Source: Acidimicrobiia bacterium | GTDB lineage: Bacteria; Actinomycetota; Acidimicrobiia; Spongiisociales; UBA5794 | Assembly (NCBI GenBank): GCA_030431785.1 | Contig: JAUIIM010000002.1 | Location: 37,927 to 101,926 of the forward strand | DNA: 64,000 nt | Direction of reading: 5' to 3' | Shown here: positions 18,312 to 26,045 of the stretch, piece by piece | How the letters are laid out: the number at the start of each line of letters is the position of its first letter | Numbering within the stretch: position 1 is the first letter of the stretch | Made by a program: the position numbers and the translations under genes | Notes under the pieces: model-generated | The model's database searches: none | Seen by the model: only the letters and a program-made list of their open reading frames with translations | What the model was told of the DNA's origin: nothing

Positions 18312-19016
18312 CTACGGTGAGGACGTTCCGAAAACGTCGGGTTCAAGTCGGATCAGGGCTCGCTCGGTCAGGTCCCGGTCGACGCCGGGGATCAGTCCGG
18401 TCACGGCAGTGTGGTGATAACGAACTTCGATACCCATGACGTCGAGACCTCCGCCGGATGGTTCGAGCGTGGTGTCACGACTCGATGGCACCCACGGGCC
18501 ACCGTACGTGGCCGGCCCCGGGTTCGGGTCGGGACAGGGCGTCCATCGGCAGGGAACGAGCGGTGTGAACGAATACGTGTTGACGGATCCAGCGACCTTG
18601 GCGCCCGTGGTCTCGTTGGCCTTGAAGATCTGCACGCTGATGAGCACTGAGGAATCGACCTGGTCGTACAGCCCGGCTTCGAGAGCCTCGAGGATCGCCA
18701 TGTCGGCAGCGTCCCTGGTCCCCATGGTCGCTCCGGTCCTCGCGGCCGAGGAGGTGGCGGAAGCGATCGTCATCTTCTCCTTGAACAGGAGACCGTATTC
18801 GACGATGCCGAAGACCAACAGGATCAGCAGTGGGAGCACGATCGCCATCTCCACGATGGCGGCGCCCCGCTCGTCCTTGTTTCGGTGGAGCCCGAATATC
18901 GCCACTTCAAAACCTCGATCGCCAGCTGTCGGATTGCTACGCATCGTATCCGCGAAACCACTCATTGTCCACAGCGGTTCCGACGGTCGCTCTGCGCGTT
19001 CTTCCCGTTCGAACAT
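18312..19016 (-). CDS. TadE-like pseudopilin/pilus assembly protein (start uncertain)
   Basis: Contains ERGAAIVEMAIVLPLLILLVFGIVEYGLLF (TadE N-terminal motif) about 50 aa into the track ORF. The true start is probably downstream of 19016 (for example the ATG at 18944). Confidence 0.7.
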   Translation of the reverse strand: MFEREERAERPSEPLWTMSGFADTMRSNPTAGDRGFEVAIFGLHRNKDERGAAIVEMAIVLPLLILLVFGIVEYGLLFKEKMTIASATSSAARTGATMGTRDAADMAILEALEAGLYDQVDSSVLISVQIFKANETTGAKVAGSVNTYSFTPLVPCRWTPCPDPNPGPATYGGPWVPSSRDTTLEPSGGGLDVMGIEVRYHHTAVTGLIPGVDRDLTERALIRLEPDVFGTSSP

Positions 19017-19107
19017 TATCGGTCAGAAACCCCGGTACTTGAATGGGTTCAGCGACCCAAGCGGGTGGTTTACCGGTGGACGGACTGTCTAGGCATCCAC
19101 CCTTCGC

Positions 19108-19135
19108 ACTTCGACGGCGCATGCACCGTCGAAGT
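19108..19135 (-). terminator. 10-bp stem hairpin just downstream of tRNA-Leu
   Basis: ACTTCGACGG-CGCATGCA-CCGTCGAAGT, 3 nt after the tRNA 3' end on the minus strand. Confidence 0.5.
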
Positions 19136-19138
19136 TCG

Positions 19139-19221
19139 TACCGGGAGGGGGACTTGAACCCCCACGGGCTTGCGCCCAGTGGATTTTGAGTCCACCGCGT
19201 CTACCATTCCGCCATCCCGGC
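19139..19221 (-). tRNA. tRNA-Leu (anticodon CAA)
   Basis: Minus strand reads GCCGGGATGGCGGAATGGTAGACGCGGTGGACTCAAAATCCACTGGGCGCAAGCCCGTGGGGGTTCAAGTCCCCCTCCCGGTA. It has a 7-bp acceptor stem, anticodon stem GUGGA/UCCAC with loop CUCAAAA, a long variable arm and T-arm GGGGG-TTCAAGT-CCCCC. No encoded CCA. Confidence 0.93.
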
Positions 19222-19297
19222 TGGGACCGCGAGCGTACCGCACCTGCTGCTCTTTCACTTCCGCAAACACGGTCTCACACCGGATCGCCTGGCCACA

Positions 19298-20110
19298 TCA
19301 CCCGTCGATCGCCGACCGCAGTTCCGAGACGAACATCCGTAGTGCATCGGCCGCCTGCACAGTGGTCGAGGATTCCATCACACGGCGGACCACGGCCGTC
19401 CCGACGATCACCCCGTCGCCGTGCCGGGACGCCGCTGCAGCCTGTTCCGGTGTCGAGATGCCGACACCGAATACGACAGGCACGTCCGACCTTGCCCGGA
19501 TACGGGCAGCAAGTGCATGGATGTTCTCGGATGCGGCATCGCGTTCTCCCGTGACACCGACCTCGGCAATCGCATAGACGAATGCTGGTTCGGTCTCTAG
19601 GACCGCATCGAGACGCTCGTCGGTCGTCGTCGGGGCAGCGAAAGCAACCATCCCGACGCCCTCCTCCGCCGCAGCTGCGCTGAACGGTGCAGCCTCGTCG
19701 ATCGGAAGGTCGGGGATGATCACGCCGTTGATCCCGCGTTCGGCTGCCTGTGCGAAGAACTCCCGGACGCCGGATCTCAGCACCGGGTTCACGTAGGTCA
19801 TCGCAAGGACCGGCGTCTGTGTCGTCTCCCGGACAGCGGCCGCGACCCCGAGCGCATCGGGAAGGGTGATCCCTTGGGCGATGGCACGGTGACCGGCAGC
19901 CATGATGACCGGCCCGTCCATCAACGGATCGGCATACGGGATGCCGATCTCGAAGCCGTCGGCGCCCGCATCCGCCATCGTCTTGAACAGCTCGACCGAC
20001 GCGACGGGGTCAGGGAGCCCGGCCGTCAGGAACGGGAGCAGCACCCCACGACCCGCCTCCCTTGATTCGGCGAACATTCGATCCAGTGCGGTACGAGGTC
20101 GATCACCCAT
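19298..20110 (-). CDS. trpA: tryptophan synthase alpha chain
   Basis: [29 protein letters not shown]. The track ORF extends to 20323 inside trpB. The ATG at 20110 overlaps the trpB stop (ATGGGTGA). Confidence 0.9.
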   Translation of the reverse strand: MGDRPRTALDRMFAESREAGRGVLLPFLTAGLPDPVASVELFKTMADAGADGFEIGIPYADPLMDGPVIMAAGHRAIAQGITLPDALGVAAAVRETTQTPVLAMTYVNPVLRSGVREFFAQAAERGINGVIIPDLPIDEAAPFSAAAAEEGVGMVAFAAPTTTDERLDAVLETEPAFVYAIAEVGVTGERDAASENIHALAARIRARSDVPVVFGVGISTPEQAAAASRHGDGVIVGTAVVRRVMESSTTVQAADALRMFVSELRSAIDG

Positions 20111-21287
20111 CGACGCCCGCGATCTGTTGGACATCCTTGTCGCCGCGCCCGGAAAGGTTGAGGACGACCGTCTTGCCTGCCAGTTGCGCCTGTTCTCGGA
20201 CGATCCACGCAAGACCGTGGCTCGACTCGAGGGCAGGAATGATGCCTTCCGTCTCCGACAGGAGGTGGAAGGCTTCGACTGCTTCGTCATCCGATACCGA
20301 CACATAGTCCACCAAACCCGCATCCTTGAAGTAGGAGTGCTCGGGTCCGACGCCCGGGTAGTCGAGTCCGGCAGAGATCGAGTGTGCTTCGAGGACCTGC
20401 CCCCATTCGTCCTGGAGCATGTAGGTCATCGATCCGTGCAGGACACCGGGTGATCCGTGACCGAGCGAGGCACCGTGCTTGCCCGTCTCGATACCGAAAC
20501 CCGCAGCCTCGACTCCGACGAGGGAAACGCCTTCGACGCCTGCGAACGGATAGAAGACGCCCATGGCATTGGATCCGCCACCGACGGGCGCAACGATGAC
20601 ATCGGGAGATGGTTTGCCCGCTGCGCCGTCGAGATCGGCTGCGAGCTCCTCCCCGATCACCTTCTGGAACTCGCGGACGATCCACGGGAACGGGTGCGGC
20701 CCGACGACCGATCCGATGATGTAGTGCGTGTCCTCGACCGTGGCGACCCAGTCGCGCAGCGCCGCAGAAACCGCATCCTTCAGTGTTCCCGCTCCGTCAG
20801 AGACCGAAACGACCTCTGCTCCGAGCAGCTTCATCCGGTAGACGTTGAGGGCCTGGCGCTCGATGTCCTTCTCGCCCATGAACACGACGCAATCGAGTCC
20901 GAGCAATGCACACGCAGTGGCAGTGGCGACACCGTGCTGCCCCGCACCCGTCTCTGCGATGACGCGACGCTTGCCCATCCGTTTCGTCAGTAGACCCTGA
21001 CCGATGGTGTTGTTGATCTTGTGAGCTCCGGTGTGGGCCAGGTCCTCACGTTTGAGCCACAGGTCAAGACCGAGCTGGTCCGAGAGGCGCTTTGCGTGAT
21101 AGGTCGGTGTCGGTCGGCCGACGTACCGGGTCCGGAGGTCGTTGAGTTCCGCATGGAACTCCGGGTCGCCCCACGCATCCTCGAATGCGGCTTCCAACTC
21201 TTCGAGCGCAGGCATCAGTGTCTCCGGGGCAAAGGCGCCACCGAACTGCCCGAACCGTCCCGCTTCATCGGGTCTGCTGTAGGTCAT
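20103..21287 (-). CDS. trpB: tryptophan synthase beta chain
   Basis: [16 protein letters not shown] (PLP lysine), GGGSNAMG, and full-length similarity to the TrpB pattern. Confidence 0.95.
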   Translation of the reverse strand: MTYSRPDEAGRFGQFGGAFAPETLMPALEELEAAFEDAWGDPEFHAELNDLRTRYVGRPTPTYHAKRLSDQLGLDLWLKREDLAHTGAHKINNTIGQGLLTKRMGKRRVIAETGAGQHGVATATACALLGLDCVVFMGEKDIERQALNVYRMKLLGAEVVSVSDGAGTLKDAVSAALRDWVATVEDTHYIIGSVVGPHPFPWIVREFQKVIGEELAADLDGAAGKPSPDVIVAPVGGGSNAMGVFYPFAGVEGVSLVGVEAAGFGIETGKHGASLGHGSPGVLHGSMTYMLQDEWGQVLEAHSISAGLDYPGVGPEHSYFKDAGLVDYVSVSDDEAVEAFHLLSETEGIIPALESSHGLAWIVREQAQLAGKTVVLNLSGRGDKDVQQIAGVDG

Positions 21288-21889
21288 GCTTGTTTCGCCC
21301 TCTCGATGAAGTCGAGGATCCTACCGGGGTCCTTCACGCCCGGCGCCGACTCGAGCCGGCTCGATGCATCGACACCGAACGGCCGCACGGAAGCGACCGC
21401 TGCAGCGATGTTGTCGGGTCCGAGCCCGCCGGCGAGGACAAAGGGCCCTCCAACTCCGTCGAGGAGGGACCAATCGAACTGCTTCCCTGTTCCCCCGTGC
21501 ACCTCTTGGGATGCGGTGTCGTAGAGCGGCATCGCCGGAGGAGCCACGTGGACATCACGTGGGCTCACCTCACCGACCGGTACCGGGAGCAAGCTGAGGT
21601 ATCCGGCGTCGACGGCCACTGCGGAGACCTCGGCAGCATGCGCACCATGATTCTGGATTCCGTCCGCACCGACCTCGTCTGCGAGCGACAAGGCTTGATC
21701 GGGCGTCAACCCCACGGTGACGATGAATGTCGACACGGCGACGCTCTTTGCACACTCACGAGCGAAATCGGCGGTGACACGACGCGGTGACCCCTCCGCG
21801 AAGTTGAATCCGACAGCGTCGGCTCCTCCCTCGGCTGCCGCCGCCAGCGCACGCTCATCGGTGATCCCGCAGATCTTGACCCAGGTCAT
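21284..21889 (-). CDS. trpF: phosphoribosylanthranilate isomerase
   Basis: [42 protein letters not shown]. Start and stop are coupled to the neighbouring genes. Confidence 0.9.
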   Translation of the reverse strand: MTWVKICGITDERALAAAAEGGADAVGFNFAEGSPRRVTADFARECAKSVAVSTFIVTVGLTPDQALSLADEVGADGIQNHGAHAAEVSAVAVDAGYLSLLPVPVGEVSPRDVHVAPPAMPLYDTASQEVHGGTGKQFDWSLLDGVGGPFVLAGGLGPDNIAAAVASVRPFGVDASSRLESAPGVKDPGRILDFIERAKQA

Positions 21890-22653
21890 CTCGCAGCCTT
21901 CAGCGCAGCGACCAGCGTGCGAGGATCGTCGGCGCGTACGAGCGCCTCACCGACGAGGATGGCGTCGTATCCGGCGTTCGCCATTCGGGCCGCACCGGCC
22001 GGATCGGACACACCGGACTCACCGATCGAAACCACGTGATCCGGAATCAACGGCGCTGCGTTCTCAGCGACCGACAGGTCGGTCACGAACGTGTGGAGAT
22101 CCCGATTGTTCACACCGACGATCGGAGCGTCGAGTGCCAACGCCCGCCCCACTTCGTCGAGTGTGTGCGCTTCGACGATCGCACTCATCCCTGCCTCACC
22201 GGCCACGCCGAGCAGTTCTTCGATCTGCCCGTCGCCGAGTGCCGCGACGATCAACAACACGGCGTCGGCTCCCGATGCGCGTGCTTCCCAGATCTGAGCA
22301 CCGTTTCGGGTGAAATCCTTGCGGAGGACCGGAACGTCCACCGCGGTTCGGACCGCAGCGAGGTCGTCGAGCGAGCCAGCGAAGAAGTACGGCTCCGTCA
22401 GCACGGAGATGGCATCGGCGCCCCCCGCCACGTAAGAAGCCGCACGGTCATCGGGACGGATCTCCATGTCGATGTCACCGGCGGACGGAGATCGGCGCTT
22501 GATCTCGGCGATCACCGACAGGCCGGGTCCGCGTAGCGCAGCCAGAAAGTCTCGCGGTGGCGGCATCGCCTCGGCCCGCGCACGGAACTCCTCGAGCTTC
22601 GTGGCTGCGACGAGCGCTCGCTCGTCGGCACTCGAGAGGATCTTCGTGAGCAT
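21886..22653 (-). CDS. trpC: indole-3-glycerol phosphate synthase
   Basis: VIAEIKRRSPSAG, VLRKDF, VEAHT, VGVNNRDL, ESGV. Confidence 0.92.
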   Translation of the reverse strand: MLTKILSSADERALVAATKLEEFRARAEAMPPPRDFLAALRGPGLSVIAEIKRRSPSAGDIDMEIRPDDRAASYVAGGADAISVLTEPYFFAGSLDDLAAVRTAVDVPVLRKDFTRNGAQIWEARASGADAVLLIVAALGDGQIEELLGVAGEAGMSAIVEAHTLDEVGRALALDAPIVGVNNRDLHTFVTDLSVAENAAPLIPDHVVSIGESGVSDPAGAARMANAGYDAILVGEALVRADDPRTLVAALKAAR

Positions 22654-22698
22654 TCCGCCATGCTATCGGCGTCCTGGAGGTCGCCAGCCCCGACGAGA

Positions 22699-23355
22699 TC
22701 AGGGCTTCAATCGATACCCCACGCCACGGATCGTCTCGATCGCCAGTCCGGGGAAGCGCCTGCGGAGTTGTCGAACATGGACGTCCACAGTCCGTGGTTC
22801 TCCGGTGTAGTCCCACCCCCAGACGGCGTCGAGGATCTGGGAGCGACTCAGGGCCAGACCGACATGCTCGGCGAAGTACCAGAGAAGGTCGAACTCCCTT
22901 GTTGTGGGACGGACGACCGATCCGTCGTCGAGACGCACCTCACGCCGGGCACGGTCGATCACGACACCACGTACCACGATGGTGTCTCCTTCTCCCTGTG
23001 GCTGCAGTTCGCACAGGCGCAGCACAGCCTGAAGGCGGGCAACGACCTCGCGATCCGAACATGACGGGTCCAGGTGACCGATCGCACCGTTCTCATACGC
23101 CGCAATCCGATCGGGTGCTGATCCTTCAGCATCACAGAACACGACCGCTGCCCGGGTCCGCGAAACGATCGTCGCGACGAGATCACCTGTCGGCGGGTTG
23201 TCGCTGCGGCCGATGATGACGATCCGAGACGAGTCACAGTCCGTCGACGATTCGAATGCAGCTGTGGCGAACGTCAGACCGAGCCTTCGAACGGAGGACT
23301 CGACGCACTGCATCATCTCGTGGGTAGGACCCACCATCAGCACGTCGGTATCCAC
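22699..23355 (-). CDS. OmpR/PhoB-family winged-helix regulator with degenerate (pseudo) receiver domain
   Basis: The C-terminal wHTH is canonical (RPTTREFDLLWYFAEHVG..SRSQILDAVWGWDYTGEPRTVDVHVRQLRRRF..IETIRGVGYRL). The N-terminal domain has VLMVGPTHE, RIVIIGRSD and GHLDPS where the acidic pocket, phospho-Asp and Lys normally sit. GTG start. Confidence 0.8.
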   Translation of the reverse strand: MDTDVLMVGPTHEMMQCVESSVRRLGLTFATAAFESSTDCDSSRIVIIGRSDNPPTGDLVATIVSRTRAAVVFCDAEGSAPDRIAAYENGAIGHLDPSCSDREVVARLQAVLRLCELQPQGEGDTIVVRGVVIDRARREVRLDDGSVVRPTTREFDLLWYFAEHVGLALSRSQILDAVWGWDYTGEPRTVDVHVRQLRRRFPGLAIETIRGVGYRLKP

Positions 23356-23476
23356 GGTCGACCTCCATCACGTTCTCGACGGTCACCGACGCTATCGGGA
23401 GAGCCTGAGACACGGATGAAAGACCACGGAGAAGATGATGAGGTCGAGGGCTGAGAGACCTGCCGCCTCGGACGTC

Positions 23477-24997
23477 CTAACGCAGGTCGCTGGACGCCTC
23501 GACGGCGGCCAGGACCGCTGCCGCCTTGTTCACGCACTCCTGGTACTCCGCGCCGGGATCGGAATCGACGACGACCCCCGCACCGGCTTGTACCCAAGCG
23601 GTGGTGCCGTCGACGACGCAGGTGCGCAATGCGATCGCTGTGTCGAGCGAACCGGAGAAGTCGACATATCCGACAGCACCGGCATACGGACCACGGGCAG
23701 TCGGCTCCAGCTCGTCGATGATCTCCATCGCCCGGACCTTGGGGGCACCACTGACCGTGCCGTGCGGGAACGTCGCCCTCAGGACGTCGATCGGTCCCTT
23801 CCCGGATGCGAGCTTGCCACTGACGCCACTCACGATGTGCATCACATGCGAATAGCGCTCGATCACCATGAGGTCGTCGACATGGACCGACCCATGCTCA
23901 CACACACGTCCGAGGTCGTTGCGTGCGAGATCGATGAGCATCGTGTGTTCGGCACGCTCTTTGGGATCGGCGAGGAGCTCTGCTTCCAATCGCTGGTCCT
24001 CTTCCTCGGTAGCGCCCCGCGGCCGCGTGCCAGCGATCGGACGCGAGTAGGCGATGCCGTCACGCACCCGGGACATGAGCTCCGGGGAGGAGCCGACGAT
24101 CGCCGTCGAGCCCGACTTGACCAAGAACATGAACGGGGACGGATTGACGAGCCGTAGGGCGCGGTACAGCGCAAACGAGTCGCCGTGGAAGTCCACCTCG
24201 AAACGGAGCGAGGGCACGATCTGGAACGCATCGCCAGCGATGATGTATTCGACCGCCCGTCTTACGGATCGCTCGAAGTCCTCCCTCGTCATATTCGCCT
24301 GAGCAACGGGGCGTGCGTCGAACTTCGGTCGTCCGGAGGCGACCGATCGCACCGGAGCCGCGAGTGCTTCACCTGCCGCCCGGAGTTCGGTCAGCGCCTG
24401 TTCGTAGTCCGACACGGGATCGCCCCCGACGAACACGTTGCGGAACAGCGTGATCGAATCTCTGAGCCGGTCGAACGCGGCAACGCCACCGGCGAACTGC
24501 CAGAGCATCTCGGGTAGACCACGGTCGTCGTGCGGCCGATCCGGCAGGTGCTCCACGTACCGCACTGCGTCGTACGCCAGGTAGCCGACAGCTCCCGAGT
24601 GGAGCGGGGGCACGGCGCCCGGAAGATTCATCTCGTCAGGCTCCGGCGTGGTGAACCGATCGAGAAGGTCCTCCAACACCTCGAGCGGATCCCCATCCGC
24701 TATCGGAATCGACGGATCGTCGACGCTGGCAGTTCCGTCGTGTGACGTCAGGGTGAACGCCGGATCCCAGCCGATGAACGACCAACGGGCCCAACGCTCC
24801 CCCCCTTCGACCGACTCGAGGAGAAACCCGTCGCCGTCCCCGACCAGCCGTTCATACACGGACACCGGCGTCAGGTGATCTGCGACGACCTCGATCGCGA
24901 CAGGGACCACGGCGAATCGCTCAGCAAGGGCGAGAAAGGCAGCATGGTCCAGCGAGGCATTCATGGAGTGGGACAGTAGTTCCCCGACATCCGACAT
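23477..24997 (-). CDS. trpE: anthranilate synthase component I
   Basis: LLESVEGGERWARWSFIG, GAVGYLAYD, IAGTRPRG, and C-terminal GGAVGYVDFSG..DTAIALRT. Start is ambiguous: the ATG at 24997 lies inside a heptamer repeat, and the ATG at 24964 (MNASLDH) is the alternative. Confidence 0.92.
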   Translation of the reverse strand: MSDVGELLSHSMNASLDHAAFLALAERFAVVPVAIEVVADHLTPVSVYERLVGDGDGFLLESVEGGERWARWSFIGWDPAFTLTSHDGTASVDDPSIPIADGDPLEVLEDLLDRFTTPEPDEMNLPGAVPPLHSGAVGYLAYDAVRYVEHLPDRPHDDRGLPEMLWQFAGGVAAFDRLRDSITLFRNVFVGGDPVSDYEQALTELRAAGEALAAPVRSVASGRPKFDARPVAQANMTREDFERSVRRAVEYIIAGDAFQIVPSLRFEVDFHGDSFALYRALRLVNPSPFMFLVKSGSTAIVGSSPELMSRVRDGIAYSRPIAGTRPRGATEEEDQRLEAELLADPKERAEHTMLIDLARNDLGRVCEHGSVHVDDLMVIERYSHVMHIVSGVSGKLASGKGPIDVLRATFPHGTVSGAPKVRAMEIIDELEPTARGPYAGAVGYVDFSGSLDTAIALRTCVVDGTTAWVQAGAGVVVDSDPGAEYQECVNKAAAVLAAVEASSDLR

Positions 24998-25007
24998 CCG
25001 ACATCCG
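24984..25007. repeat. heptamer repeat CCGACAT x3 (ATGTCGG on the trpE sense strand)
   Basis: Three exact units plus a partial fourth, read directly. Each unit carries an ATG on the trpE strand. Confidence 0.95.
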
Positions 25008-25030
25008 GTCGGAGGGAACCAGACTTGCCG

Positions 25031-25777
25031 CTACACCTCGGCGAGGTCCTCGAGACCGAGACGGACGAGGAGTTCGGTGAACCAACTCGAGAGCTCGACG
25101 ATGTTGCCGGACACCATCAGCCAACCGAAGAACGCAAGCAGCAGACCGGACGCGACGGTGATCTGGGTGAGATAGCGCCTCACCCAATTGAAAGCAGAGA
25201 ACGCCTTGGCGAGGAGAAGTGAGGTGAGAAGGAATGGAATCCCGAGTCCGAGACTGTAGAAGAACAGCACGATCATGCCTTCTCCCACCGTGTCGCTACT
25301 GGCACCGAGCGCAAGCGCTGAGGCGAGGAACGGCCCGATGCACGGAGTCCAACCGAAGGCAAACGCGGCGCCCATGATCGGTGGTCCGAAGAGACCTAGA
25401 CGCGACGCCTTCGAGGATTCGATGCGTCGGTCCTTCAGGAGCGGCATCAGCCACGACGGAGTCCAGATGGCCGTCACCGCGATGAACACGCCCATGGCGA
25501 TGATCACCCAGCCGGCGATGACCGTGAAGATCGACTGGTTCAGGAACGAGGACAAGCTCGTCGCCGTCGCACCGAGCGAGACGAACACCAGGGTGAACCC
25601 GAGGACGAACAGTGCGGTGCGCCCGACCACGCGGCGCATGGACACCTCTCCCGACGACAGCTCGACCATGTCGTAGCCCGACATGAGGGAGATGTACCCG
25701 GGCAGCAACGGCAACACGCACGGCGACACGAACGATGCCGTACCGGCCAGCACGGCCGCGATGAGTGAGACTTCCAT
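25031..25777 (-). CDS. ccdA: cytochrome c biogenesis protein CcdA (DsbD-family thiol-disulfide transporter)
   Basis: MEVSLIAAVLAGTASFVSPCVLPLLPGYISL and second-half GWTPCIGPFL. The track ORF extends to 25975 through the repeat array, so I prefer the ATG at 25777. Confidence 0.88.
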   Translation of the reverse strand: MEVSLIAAVLAGTASFVSPCVLPLLPGYISLMSGYDMVELSSGEVSMRRVVGRTALFVLGFTLVFVSLGATATSLSSFLNQSIFTVIAGWVIIAMGVFIAVTAIWTPSWLMPLLKDRRIESSKASRLGLFGPPIMGAAFAFGWTPCIGPFLASALALGASSDTVGEGMIVLFFYSLGLGIPFLLTSLLLAKAFSAFNWVRRYLTQITVASGLLLAFFGWLMVSGNIVELSSWFTELLVRLGLEDLAEV

Positions 25778-25837
25778 GGATCCTGACCTGTTCGTCTTCC
25801 AATGCAACGTTACGACGACCGCTGTTGTTCCGGGATT

Positions 25838-26009
25838 GAGGGATAAAGAGACGAAGGGACAAAGGGACGAAGGGAACAAAGGACAAAGGACAAAGGAACA
25901 AGGGACGAAGGGAACAAGGGAAGAAAGGGAGACGGGGACACGGGGAACAAGGGAAGAAGGGAAGACGGGGAACAAGGCAACACGGGAATGGGAGGTGGGG
26001 CGATGGGGA
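25838..26009 (+). repeat. purine-rich ~8-nt tandem array (NNAAGGGA-type, ~20 units)
   Basis: Read directly: ..CGAAGGGA CAAAGGGA CGAAGGGA ACAAAGGA CAAAGGA CAAAGGA ACAAGGGA CGAAGGGA ACAAGGGA AGAAAGGGA GACGGGGA CACGGGGA ACAAGGGA AGAAGGGA AGACGGGGA... I count 17 runs of G3 or longer on the + strand. Confidence 0.95.
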
Positions 26010-26045
26010 TCCGGTGCTGGTCACAAAGAACGGGGGTGTGCTCGG

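Noticed and set aside
19016-19298. Integration-site signatures around tRNA-Leu (integrase gene, or a direct repeat of the tRNA 3' end)
   Set aside because: I looked for a duplicated tRNA 3' segment and an integrase ORF near 16.7-19.3 kb and found none. The island idea therefore rests on synteny only.
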